Shown here: piece after piece, positions 11,538 to 23,816 of the stretch
Numbering within the stretch: position 1 is the first letter of the stretch
Layout: each line of letters starts with the position of its first letter
Assembly (NCBI GenBank): GCA_051294375.1
Contig: JBJCIZ010000028.1
Location: forward strand, 391,108-455,107
Source of the DNA: Paraspadella gotoi
Lineage: Eukaryota > Animalia > Chaetognatha
Direction: 5' to 3'
DNA length: 64,000 nt
Made by a program: the position numbers and the translations under genes
The notes under the pieces: model-generated
Databases searched by the model: none
Told to the model about the DNA's origin: nothing
The model's input: only the letters and a program-made list of their open reading frames with translations

Positions 11538-11803
11538 TGAGGGAGAGTTTCCAACAAAGGAATAAGGTAAGGGACAGTGGTCAGATGTGAGGACAGTGAA
11601 GGTAAGGAGAGGAAGAGAGTAAGTTTTGAAAAATGAAAAAGAGTGAGAGAGAGAGAGAGAGAGAGGAGCAAAGCAAAAATTTAAACAATACATTAGCAAT
11701 GTAACAACAGAGATAAAGTCATTAAATAATCTAAATATAAACTGAAATTAAAGTTAACAACGAAAATAGTATAGATAAAGTTAAATATTGATTGTCAAAA
11801 GCA

Positions 11804-11839
11804 CTGATGAAGGCTCTAAGTGAAAGAGCCGAACATGTC
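11804..11839 (+). ncRNA. Minimal type I hammerhead ribozyme motif
   Basis: CTGATGA-A-GGCTC-TAAGTGAAA-GAGCC-GAAC-ATGTC; one A missing from GAAAC, possibly a read error. Confidence 0.6.
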
Positions 11840-12809
11840 TGACTAAATTGCTGTTCATTAAATCGTTGTCAAATAAAACTGTTTTGTCCTAATGAAAAAA
11901 TATGATAAAAAAATTGGTCGTTGTCGTCTGTCGTCGGGCTTTCCAAATTATAGATCGTCTTTTTGATGATTAAATTTGGGTGTATAAGCTGAAAATTTAT
12001 ATACAGCTTTCATCATCGATGTCCTTAAATTGGGTCAGGACAGTTATTAAAATATGTTTTGTTTCCGTTTTATAAAACAAACAATTATCCTCTATTTTAT
12101 TTTATGTCTCCTTCTCTCTCTTTTCTCTTTTAATTATATGTAGCTATCTCTCTCTCTTTTCCCAGTGCTGATTCATCAGAAAAAAACGAGTCTGCAGCTG
12201 GCTCTGCAGGGGCTCTTTTTTTTCTCTTTTTCTCCTGCTGCTTCTGCTGCTGCCTTTGATTTTTTTTTCTGCTGGCTGCCTTGCTGCTGCCACTGCTGAT
12301 TCGTCCGAAAACGATTTGGCTCCTCTCTCTCTTTTCTCTCTCTTCTCTCTCTTTCTTCTCTTTCTTTCTCTTTCTATTCTCTATTTTTTTTCAGAAACTA
12401 ACTTTTATTGTTTTTCAGAAACTGTAACTTTAATTTGCTCAGTACTTTATTATTTTTTTAATTGACATCGCAAAATGAATTTTTTCTTTCTGTTTAAAAT
12501 TGTTTTTCCTTTTATATTTTATCTTTCCTTTCTATCTTTCTTTCCCTCTATTTTTTCTTTCCTTTCTATCTTTTCTTTCCTTTTTATTTCTTTTTCCTTT
12601 TTATTTTTTTTCTTCTATTCTTTCTTTCCCTTTCTATTCTTTCTTTCCTTTCTATCTTTTCCTTTCTATTCTTCTCTTTATATTTATTTTTTTTCATTTT
12701 TTTCTTTCTCGTTTATAATTTTTTTTTTCCTCAAATTTGATTTTTTTAGTATAAATGTTCCGCTCAATCCAGATTTCACGCAATTATGTCGGGCAGTCAC
12801 TTATATCAT

Positions 12810-13200
12810 GTAGAACATCGAATTATGATAAATTATGCAAAAAAACGATGTCCTTCCGTCCGTCCGTCCGTCCGACCGTCCGTCCGTCCAATCCGACCTT
12901 AGCAAAAAACACCAATTACTTGTGATTGGATGGATGGATTGGAATGAAATTTTGTGTGTGGGTAGGAAGTGTTGATTGAGACTGTTTATGAAGTTTCGAT
13001 GAATCGTCCGAGTGGAAATGAGTTTTAAAATGGAAAAAATAAAAATATATTTCACATTTGAACCACCAATTACTCATGAGTGGATTGGGCGATTGACTTG
13101 AAATTTTTGTATTTGGGTAGAAAAGTTGTGATTAAACTGGAAATCAAGTTTCGATGGAATCGTTTGAGTGGAAAATGAGTTTAAATGGAGAAAACAAAGA
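12810..13200. mobile_element. Interspersed non-autonomous repeat with a (GTCC)n microsatellite; related inverted copies at ~51340-51565 and ~58600-58830
   Basis: ATGATAAATTATGCAAAAAAA-CGATGTCC-(GTCC)n and GGAAATCAAGTTTCGATGGAAT match the reverse complement of 51378-51545. Confidence 0.55.
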
Positions 13201-15389
13201 ACCTATTTCACTAATTGATTATGCCTCTTTTTTCTTTGTATTTTAAATGTAAAATGCAAGATGTTTAATTAATCAAATATTTAAATCAGTTAATTAATCA
13301 TTAGTCATTAATTAATTCAATATTAATTAATAGTCATAAATCAATCAAACAAAACATTTCTGATCAAATTAATTAATTGCCTAATAATTAAATAATTAAC
13401 TTGAATAAATTAATTATCAATTAAATAATTAATTAACTTCAATTAAATTATTAATTAATTATTAATTAATTAATTACCGATAATGATCGTGGGCAGATCC
13501 ACATTGTTTGCTCAAACTTGTTTATTACCGAATTAGAAAAATGTAATAGAGAGACATTTTTAAATTTCAACTTGTATCCTTAACATGAAACATTTTTTAA
13601 ACTTTAACTCTTAATCTCCGAACTGTAACGCGTTTATCAAAATGTCTCTTCAAATTCAGTGTAGATTTATTTGTAGCTTGAATTTTTTACCAATCTATTA
13701 ACTGAAGATTTTGTTCATGATTGTAAAAACCAACAAAGTAACAAGATTAATTTGTTTAATTCTCCTCTTCTAAATTATCTCTTACCATAGACGAGAATCT
13801 CGATTTTAAAAAAGATTTAACATTTTAATAGAGAGTTCCGTTCAAATCTGACTACCCAAATCTGAAGAGCTCTATCCTATTCGTTTTATCAATTTGATGA
13901 AGGATTGATATCAAACAGCCAAGGAAATGCACTCCTCATCTTCAGAGAATTTTAACCTCATTTTTACTATAGAAATGAAAGGAAAGTTGAAAAATTTAAA
14001 TTGCAACGAGATACTGCTATATGTTCCTGTTACGCTGAGCGACTTCGAATTTCTGCGATTCTGATTAGCTTTGTGTCTGAAGAGCTTGTCCTATTTTTTT
14101 TCTTTTATAATTGATTTGACATTACAATGACAGGTTTAAATGAAATAGTCGGTTTGAATCAGCGAAATTTTTATAAAGATTAAAGGAATGAGAAAAAAAG
14201 CTTTCTAATAGTAAGGAGATAAGAAAGGTTGCATAGTACCAAAATGAAAGGCCATAATCATAGGGACATACAAGATCTAATTTTAAATTTACTTTATGCG
14301 CTGAACCCTCCTGTACAGGGTGAGGTGTCAAAACTAGTCAAATTATAATGAATTTTAAAACTAATGACCCCATATAATATAATGAATTAAATTCTTTTAA
14401 TGATTCTGAAAGAAAAAAGCGGCCAAATTGTACTCTAGTAAAAACTGTTACAAGTTTTTTTTGAGTAAGGAACAATGTGGAATTTTTTGTCACCTAAATA
14501 TATTTGCTTGTCTTGAATTTTACAAGCTGCTTACAAAATTTTACAAAATATTATTTACCCCATCACAGCCTAAGTATTTATCTTCTTTTTCCACCAGCAA
14601 AAAGTAACATTATCTATTGACGAGAACGGTGATGTTTACTGAAAGGAGCCGGAAGACATTCAACCTTTCTTCACTTGATGTTTTTTAAAAAATACGTTTT
14701 TTATTTTTACGATAGTGAATGAATAAATAATAAGCATGAGATATAATTAGAATATTTTTTTTTTGGCCCGGACAGAAACATGAGAGGAGACGACGATTAT
14801 ATGTCGAACGCAAGATCTCACATGTAACAGGACGAGGAGCAGAGCGAGCCACACGCTCGTATCTTAGACTTAATGTGCACAAATACTTTGCAGTCTAAAA
14901 AAACGATCACATGACCCATCATCAATCAGATTCTTGCATTGATCATTGCAGAATACTTTATTAAATTACGAGTCTTTTAATAAATACATCACAGAGCCAG
15001 AGTGAGTGAGGGCCATCATTAATTTGCTTTTTATTTCACACTTTGTTTTGTTCTTGTTTTAAAATGTCACATATTACTATACTATGAAAATCAGTATTCT
15101 ATCACTTTTTAACAGAAAATTTGTGTCAACTCTTAATGTTTCAATTATATTGAATGACTATGGATATTCTCACAGTCGATGATGTTTAAAGAATAAAGAA
15201 ATTATTCGTATATTTATATTTTATTTATTTAAAAAATTTCCTTTTTTCTCAACTTCATACAAATGAAACTTCCATGTCATCTTTATTATGAATTTTGAGA
15301 TGTTTCCCTATCCACCGCTCCTCCTCTTTCTAATTTCTTCCATTTTCCCATTTCCTCATTTCCCAGCTTCCGTAGCGAATCCTATTGTT

Positions 15390-15886
15390 CATTTGTTGAT
15401 TCGGGACCTACAAATTCCACGTAATTAATGACCATGGTAGTGTTAGCCAGTAGTAAGACCAGGGCAACAAGGCTGTCACCAATTATCATCTCCCGCACCT
15501 TGCCAGACAAAAAGCAGGATGTCCATCTGACTCTCCTGACCTTCGTGTGGGTCGCTATCTAAAAGTGGAGAAAAAAGGGCCTTATTTTCCCATATGCACC
15601 CCCGTTCATCTAAATTCCGATTTTTTAAGGTTCATGGATTAGGGCTGACGTATTAGGTGTTGCGGGATTAAGTTAGTGATTAGGGTTAAGGGACATTTAG
15701 GATTTGTGGGTTGAGGTTAGGCGTATGCATTGGGTAGGGTAATTATTATTTTAATATGGTTTGTGTAACAAATTTGGTTAGACATATACTGTCCATTTTA
15801 ATGGTCAACGTTACCTTTTTTTCCCAGTCTCCTTCCCTTCGATCAAAATCACGGCCAAAGATTCAAAACAAAAAATAAACTTCCAT
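15390..15886 (-). CDS. Knottin precursor, copy B (indel-rich; read errors or pseudogene)
   Basis: Collinear with copy A in both exons, intron and UTRs, but with many 1-bp indels. Confidence 0.55.
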
Positions 15887-18787
15887 CTTCTCTCAAAATT
15901 TTACAAAAAAAAAATAAAAAAAAAAAAAAAATTTTTTCTGTTCTGCGATATTACGATGCGGTAGAAAACCTAAGCGACATGTAAGATGAGTAAACAAAGC
16001 AAAAAACCATGCTGCGCCAATACATTAATGCTTTCAAGTTAAGCTGAAACTGTTACTGTGGCCACTAATAAATTTTTTTTTCAACTTGTATTATTTACGA
16101 TTAAAAACCCGTTAAGGTATGAGGATTAAAAAGAAAAAAGTAAGTAATGAATCTGTAAATAGAATATGCTTGAATAGCATAATCAATGTTCAGTTTGTAT
16201 GCAGGGTCCAAATATTGAAGGATTCTAATCCCAACAGTTCTATCAAAAGTTACAGTGAAAAAAAATAACGCAAATTCCCAACACGAATCACCAGGGCTCA
16301 AACTTGAGCAGGTTAGTTTAGTTGTTGAGGTTATATATCTATATTTTTACCACTATGGTATATGAAAAAATATGAATAATAAAATTGGTCGTTTGTCATT
16401 GTCGTCATCGTCGTCGGTTCCAAATTATAGATCGTTTTTTGATGATTTAAATTTGGGTGATGAAGCTGAAAATTTTATATAAGCTCTCTCATTGCATCGA
16501 TGTCCTTAAAATCAATGTGTGTGCAGAGACAGTTTATTAAATATGTCTCAGCTGGGCTCTGCGATGGGCTCTTTTTTCTCTTTTTTCTCCTGCTGCTCTG
16601 GCGCCTTTGAATTTTTTTTTCTGCTGGCTTCTCTTTGCTGCTGACCACTGCGTCGATTACTGTCGCAAAACGATTTGGCTTCTCTCTCTTTCTTCTCTCT
16701 TTCTACTCTCTCTTTCTTCTCTTTCTTTCTCTTCTTTTTTCAGAAACTAACTTTACTCTGTTTTTTCAGAAAACTGTAACTTAATTTTTTCAGTACCTTT
16801 ACTTATTTTTTTTTTAATTGACAAATCGCAAATAGAATTTTTTCTTTCAGTTTAAAAATTTGTTTTTCCTTTTTAATTATTTTACTCTTTTTCCTTTCTT
16901 TATTTTTTCTTTCCCTTTTCTTTTCTTCTCTCTCCTTTTTAATTCTTTTTTCCTTTCCTATTTTCCCTTTCTATCTTTCTCCTTCCTTTACTATTCTCTT
17001 TTTTATCTTCTATGTTTTCTTATATATCTTTATTTATTTTTTTTTTCTTCTTTTCTGTCTTTATATTATAATTATTTTTTTTCTCTCAACACTTGATTTT
17101 AATTTAGTATTAAAATTTGTCCGTCAATTCCAGATTTTTCTCTTATGCGATTGCCGACGATCTTATGCTTTAAAGATTTTTTTTTACTGAATTAGAAAAA
17201 ATGTAATAAGAGACATTTTTAAATTTCAAACTTGTATCCTGAAAAGATAACCCTTAAGAAAGATAACCCTTAAAATCTTCTGAAACTGGTTAACGCGTTT
17301 ATCAAAATGTCTCTTTATTACATTTTTTACAATGTTTTTAAGATTTGCTAATCAAAATTTTTTAACATCAAAATATTATTGCGTCATTTAGGCTGCAACT
17401 CTTCAAATTTCAGTGTAGATTTAATTGTAGCTTTGATTTTTTTTACCAATCTATTTAACTGAAGATTTTGTTATTCATGATTGTTAAAACCAACAGAGTA
17501 ACAAGATCCAATTGTTTTATTCTCCCCTCTAAATTATCCTTACCGTGTTTTAAACTTCTTACCTTGAATTTTTTAACCAACCATATTGAAAAACAAAAAT
17601 CTTTAAAAATTTGTGCTTACCATTTAACCTGAAAATTTAAAGAAAAATGATTTAAAACAGGATGTTTAACTATAGGACGAGAATCTCGATTTAAAAAGAT
17701 TCAACATTTTTCTTATAAAGATTTCCGTTCAAATCTGACTACCCCAAATTGCAAACGCGATTGCTTAGAAATTCCGGTAGGAAATCAGTTGTAAAAAACA
17801 CAGGATTCGATAGCGTTACATCTGAAGAGCTTGTTCTATGCGTTTTTCACATTTTCATGAAGGATTTTGAATCCAACAGCCAGCGGAATGCACTCCTCAT
17901 AGTTCAGAGAATTTTTACTATATTTTTTATATTTTTACTATATTTTACTAAGAAATTATAAGGGAAAGTTTACAAACTTAAAATTTGCAAACGGATGCTA
18001 TATGTCTGTTCCATGAGAGGACTTTCCGAATTTTGCGATTCCGATAGCTTTGTGTCTGAAGAGCTGCCTAATTTTCTTTTTTCATTTTAATGATTTTGAC
18101 ATTAAAATGATCATAGTTTTTAAATAAATAGTCCGGTTTTTTGAATCGCGAAAATTTTTATTTAAAAAGAAATTAAAAGAAAGATTGAGGAAAAAAAAAA
18201 ACTATTTTTCCTAATATCTTTTGATGGGCAATAGTACCAAAATGAAGCCCATAATCATTTAGGGCACATTACCAAAGATACAATTTTAGAAGTACTTATG
18301 CTGAAACCTCCTTACAGGGTTGGAGTGTCAAACTAAGTCAAAATTATAATTGAATTTTTAAAAACTAATGGACACCCAAATAAGAATAAATGAAAAATTA
18401 AATCTTCTTTTAATGATTCTGAAGAAAAAAAGGCAAAATTGTGAATTTTTTGTCACCTAAATATTTTTTGCTGATTTTACAAGCATGCTTACCAAAATTC
18501 TACAAAATATTATTTACCCCATTACTGCCTAAGTATTTATCCTTCAGGCAGAGAGTCGAGGGTACTATTAAACCTTTAATGAGCACAATTACTTGTGCAG
18601 TCCTAAAAAACGATCACGTGACCGCATCATCATCAGATTCTGCATTGATCATTTGCAGAATATTTTATAAATACTGAGTCATTTTAATTAAATACACACA
18701 AGGCAGAGTGGTGAGGGCATCATTTAATGCTTTTTTATTTTCACACTTGTTTTGTTCTTGTTTTAAAATGTCACATATACTTAATCT

Positions 18788-21700
18788 TGGGGATTGCATC
18801 GTTTCTAAACTATTGAGTATTTTAAATAATTTGGGTACGATCGATAGGGAATTTAAAATACTATCTATATGCAAAATTTCATAAAATCGGAAATCCGTTC
18901 AAAAGTATTGGCAAATAAAAAGTCGCGAAAAACGCGCTTCAAATCGATCAACTTTCGCTTAAAATCGAACTTAGTTTTGATCCTAATAAGGATTTGAACT
19001 ACTGTAGTTACTAAGCTTTAAACCGAATAGCGATTATGCGCGAACGGCCTCATAATGAGAAAATAGAATAAGCGAAGCCCCCGGAAAAAAAGGAATCCTT
19101 ACAAAATTAATCACAAAATAACATAATTATAACAGAATAAAAAAGGGGAAAAAGGGAAAACCAAAAGAGAGCCAAAGAAAGTAATAAATTGAAAGTATAT
19201 TGACGCTGATCTCACCTAGCAAAACTACTATTAAACTAACTCAATTAATATCATTAATCAAGATTAAGAATTCACTATCGTCACTTCATCGCATTAATTT
19301 TTCATTTATTGAAATAATTTTAATTTTATGATAACAGATTTTAATATGATAGCAAATAAAACTATATTTAAAAGTTAAGATTGATAATGTAAGTAAAATT
19401 GGATGCAATGAATAAAATAATAAAACTAATGATGATGACGATAGTTTAATAATCTAAAATTGTCATATCTGAATCCGGCTATTTATTATGAACAAGTTTG
19501 AGCAAACAATGTCGGATTTGCACTTAAGATAATTTAGCGCGTAATCAGTTAAAAAGTATGTAAGTTGAAAAAAGATATGCAAGTTGAAAAAGTATGCAAG
19601 TTGAAAAAGATACTGCAAGTTGAAAAAATATGTAAAGTTGAAAAATATATGCAAGTTAAAAGAATGCAAGTTGAAAAAGATTATCAAAGTTGAAAAAGAT
19701 ATGCAAGTGAAAAAGATATGCAAGTTTGAAAAAAGATATGGCAAGGTGAAAAAGTATGCAAGTTGAAAAAAAGTATGGCATACTTTTGAAAAAAGTATGC
19801 ATATGGAAAAAAAAAGTATGGCATAATTGGAAAAAAAAAAAGTATTGCATACTTTGAAAAATGTTATGCATACTTTTTGAAAAAAAAGTATGATATTTAA
19901 AAAAAAGTATGCATACTTCAAAAAGTATGCATTACTTTGAAAAAAAAGTATGCATACTTTGAAAAAAGTATGCATACTTCAAAAAAGTATGCATACTTTT
20001 GAAAAAAGTTATGCGATACTTTGAAAAAAGTATGCATACTTTTGAAAAAAGTATGCATACTTTGAAAAAGTATGCATATTTAAAAAAAAGTATGCATACT
20101 TCAAAAAAGTATTGCATACTTTGAAAAAAAAGTATGCATATTTTAAAAAAAGTATACCATACTTCAAAAAAAGTATGCATACTTCAAAAAAAAAGTATGC
20201 CATACTTTGAAAAAAGTATTGCATACTTTAAAAAAAAGTATGCATATTTTAAAAAAGTATGCATACTTCAAAAAAGTATGCATACTTCAAAAAAAGTATG
20301 CATTACTTGTGAAAAAAGTATGCATACTTTGAAATAAGTATGCATATTTTTAAAAAAAAGTATGCATTACTTCAAAAAAAGTATGCATACTTCCAAAAAA
20401 GTATGCATACTTCAAAAAAAGTATGCATACTTGAAAAAGTATTGCAAACTTTGAAAAAAAGTATGCGGCGATACTTCAAAAAGTATGCATACTTTTGAAA
20501 AAAAGTATGCATACTTCAAAAAAGTATGGCATACTTTGAAAAAAGTATGCATATTTTAAAAAAAGTATGCCATACTTCAAAAAAGTATGGCATACTTTGA
20601 AAAAAGTATGCAAACTTTGAAAAAGTATTGCCATACTTTGAAAAAAGTATGCATACTTTTTTCAAAGTATGTATTACTTTTTTAAGTATGCATTACTTTT
20701 TTAAAATATGCATAACTTTTTTTCAAAGTCACGTCACGTCAATGAAATGACTATCATCGCATTCAATGAATGATTATCATCCGATCAATGAAGGAACTAT
20801 TCATCGCATCAATGAATGATTATTCATCGCGATCAATGAAGACTATCATCGCATCATCTTTGGTTATCATCGCATCAATCCTTCGTTATCTCTCGCATTC
20901 AATATTCTGGTTATCACGCATCAATATTTGGTTATCATTAAAAGTAGGCTCGATCCCTATTGCTTTAAGATTTATATTGAAACGTTTGTCACTATTTCAC
21001 ATAAACAATAATTAGGTCTCTTCAAGAGAGATAAGATAAAGAGTACTAACAAGGACAAACGCACGCCTAGAAACGCCAATATTCACAGGCGTGAAATTCA
21101 AAAACATTTCATACAGAACTGGTTCTAAAACGTAAAAATACGTAAAGCCATGTTGAAATATGTATTTATCTGGCCCGATCGCGCATGATCAATTAGCTTT
21201 ATTTTTAATTTTTATGTCCTCATGGATAAACCTACGTCAACCAATTTCAATACAGACCGCGAACGCGCTTAAAAAAGCTGTTTAGCGTGCCAAAAACTTG
21301 ATTATCCTTTCTATTTGCTCTAAATTTTAATATAAACTCTCTAAATTTAACCCCCGCGCTCTACCTGAAACAGATAGTAAAAAAACAATTACAGTTTTCT
21401 TTCGATGCGTCTTAGACAAAAAAAAAATTGAAGGCTGGACATTGCAGCTTTTCACCTAAAAAACCAGTTCATTTTTGATTGCTTTATCAAGCATTCAAGA
21501 TTGCAGAATTTAAACTTTTCTTTTTTTATCTAGTTAGAGAAGACAATAACGCATCTGAACCGTACTGATATGTATAATTTGTTCTATTTACAAAAAAGAT
21601 CAAGCAGGTTTTTTGGGAAAGGGGAAAAAAACGGTCTAGAACAGTTTCATTTTAAATACATTTTTGGGCATGATTAAAATGGGGTATTTCTGATCGCGCT

Positions 21701-21857
21701 TACCTCCCGTTGGCTTCCCAAGACGCCAAAGCTTTGCGAAATCTACCCATATTGATATAATTTATCATGGGGCCTTGACTATGCGAGTTTTGAATAGAAG
21801 TGGAAATATAAAGGAATTCTGATCGCGAACTTCGATTCGAACGATGCGCAAGCCCTA
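18788..21857. mobile_element. Non-autonomous hAT-like DNA transposon (~3.07 kb)
   Basis: Inserted relative to sister units (CACATATAC-TTAAT..CTCTC at ~9862 and, reverse complement, ~55256-55279); TTAATCT duplicated at 18781-18787 and 21858-21864; right end GAACGATGCGCAAGCCCTA is an imperfect inverted repeat of left end TGGGGATTGCATCGTTTC. Confidence 0.6.
19550..20727. repeat. Minisatellite: ~18-bp AAAAAGATATGCAAGTTG units grading into ~20-bp units containing the palindrome AAAGTATGCATACTTT
   Basis: Dozens of visible units; orientation flips near 20650. Confidence 0.92.
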
Positions 21858-22407
21858 TTAATCTCTCTCTCTCTCTCTATGTGTCTGTTCTGTTTGAGGC
21901 AATCTCGTTTATTACATTATATACAAAAGAAGAAAATGCTAAAATGACGAACGATGCTTGTTCGATGATAAATTTCGTTATAAATTATCATAAAAATATT
22001 ATGAAAAAGAATATCAACAATAACAATGCTAAATTAACTAATGTTCACTTTGTTACAGAATATAGAAGAGCCGGATCCAAACAAAAACGACATGTTGAAT
22101 ACTCGCGTGCCCAGAAATGAAAATCATATCATATCACTTTTTACAAAAATTTGTTCAACTAATGTTTTCAATTAATGAATACTATTTGCGATATTCTTCT
22201 ACAGTCAATTGATGTTAAAAGAATAAAAGAAATTATTCATTGTATATTATTTTATTTTAAAAATTTTCTTTTTTCTCACTTCATACAAATAAAACTTCAG
22301 GTTCATCTTTATTATGAATTTGAGAGTTTCCCATCAGCGTCGCCTTTTTGCCTTCTATTTCCCATTTCCTCATTTCCCAGTGTTCCCAGCTTCCGTCGAA
22401 ATTCCTA

Positions 22408-22571
22408 TCATTCATTGTTATCGGGCCTTGTAAACAATTCCGTAATAATGACCTGTTAGTGGTTAGCAGTTAGAGCACCATGGGCAACAATGGTCACAAT
22501 ATCACCCGCACCTATGCCACGACAATAAGCAGTAGTCCATCTGGGCGCCTCTGACCTTCATTGGTCACTAT
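22408..22571 (-). pseudogene. Knottin exon 2 only, copy C (signal exon missing; unit truncated at ~22650)
   Basis: Reverse complement matches 54568-54732 with indels; similarity stops in the intron at ~22648. Confidence 0.6.
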
Positions 22572-22809
22572 CTAAAAGTGGAAGAAAAGGGCCTCGTTTC
22601 ATCCAAAATCATTTTTAAGGTTTATTGGATAGGCTGACGATTAGGGTTGCGCAACTAGCACTCACCTCACTCTCTCCATTTTCTTTTTTCTTCCAATAAA
22701 TTGTTTATAAACACAACGAAAGAAAGGAATATAACACAAAACAATTTATTATAAACAATAGAACAATATCCAATGTTCTCCATCAAATTTCCCCATCGAT
22801 CTTCTCCAG

Positions 22810-23774
22810 CTGCGACGAAATCTTCTCCAGCGGCCACAACATCAGAATTCTTGGAATTCAATTGACTCGATTCTCTGACAAGAAGAATCAAGTTTTTACA
22901 CCACAATCTGATTCCGCCAAGTGGCTCTACGCCAAAATGTTGGCGCAGAACGCCGACGCTCAGGTGCTGCTGGGCTTGGGGTCTTTGCTTGATTGGCAAT
23001 TGAGAATTGACGGCTGATTAAAATTAGGACGCATGATAGATTTATTAATCCGAATTAAAGATTAACTTAATTAAAGTTGTTATTAGGCAGAGTCTCCTGA
23101 AGAAAAAGTAACTTACTTCGAGTTATAAGAATTTGACTTGGACAAAGTAAAACTTTAAATGATTGTTATTAATTATTGAATAAATGGGTCTTCATGTCAG
23201 CGAATTAAGTTAATGATACAACCATTGTGGCTTTTCTTTACAAATCGTTTCCAAATCCTTTTGAATATTTAAATATTTAACACATTTAAAATTCCAAAGG
23301 TAAACCTTTTTTTCACTTTCCATCAGTTGATGCAATTCGTGAATCACATGGGCCTGGCTCACTTCTGCCTCGAACCGATAGCCATCGCTTTTCACAATTG
23401 GAAATTCAACCTTCACCCGGATTCTTATCACAAGAATCCGACGCTGAGGATGTTGACTCCGCATTTGAACAACGTGTTGGGGATCAATTGGTTGGCGAAG
23501 AAGATTTTGATCGGAGAGAGAATATCGGTTACGGACAGACTGGGGCCGGGTGAGAAAAAAGAGCCGTTGTGAAAGGAAAGGAAGGGTGATACGGCGTGAA
23601 ATGTGAAGTTTTGATAGGCATGGCATGGCAAGATATTGAATGTGAGGGTGTTAGTCTACAATACAATGTTCAATATTCCATGCGAAAAATTATAGACAGT
23701 AGAGGCGCAGTAAGAGGCAGTTAAATTATACTTTTTAACATTTTTATTACCGAGACTGAAAGAGAGAGAGAGAG

Positions 23775-23816
<42 letters not shown>

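Larger units (their letters stand above)
11334..11891. mobile_element. Penelope-like pLTR insertion with an inverted terminal segment and 12-bp target duplication
   Basis: Absent from the sister unit at ~16360; flanked by ATGAAAAAATAT (11322-11333 and 11892-11903); arms ~11370-11480 and ~11783-11893 are inverted repeats; the same sequence precedes the Penelope ORF at 56625-57160. Confidence 0.75.
9650..22650 (-). repeat. Tandem array of three ~4-5 kb units, each carrying a knottin gene; partly the reverse complement of ~54080-56620
   Basis: Unit anchor GCACAA(T)TACTTGTGCAGTC recurs at ~9677, ~14877 and ~18582; long collinear matches between units and to the reverse complement of 54100-56600. 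Confidence 0.85.

Noticed and set aside
12256-12813. Hydrophobic F/L/S-rich ORFs (also 16860, 24970-25538, 42216-42822) and ER-rich ORFs (40251, 49381)
   Set aside because: Products of CT/AG microsatellites and poly-pyrimidine tracts.
19463-20337. ORFs of 67-170 aa in the satellite
   Set aside because: Translations of the repeat unit.
19550-20727. CRISPR-like array of palindromic repeats
   Set aside because: Units are contiguous with no unique spacers, there are no cas genes, and the context is eukaryotic; it is a satellite.
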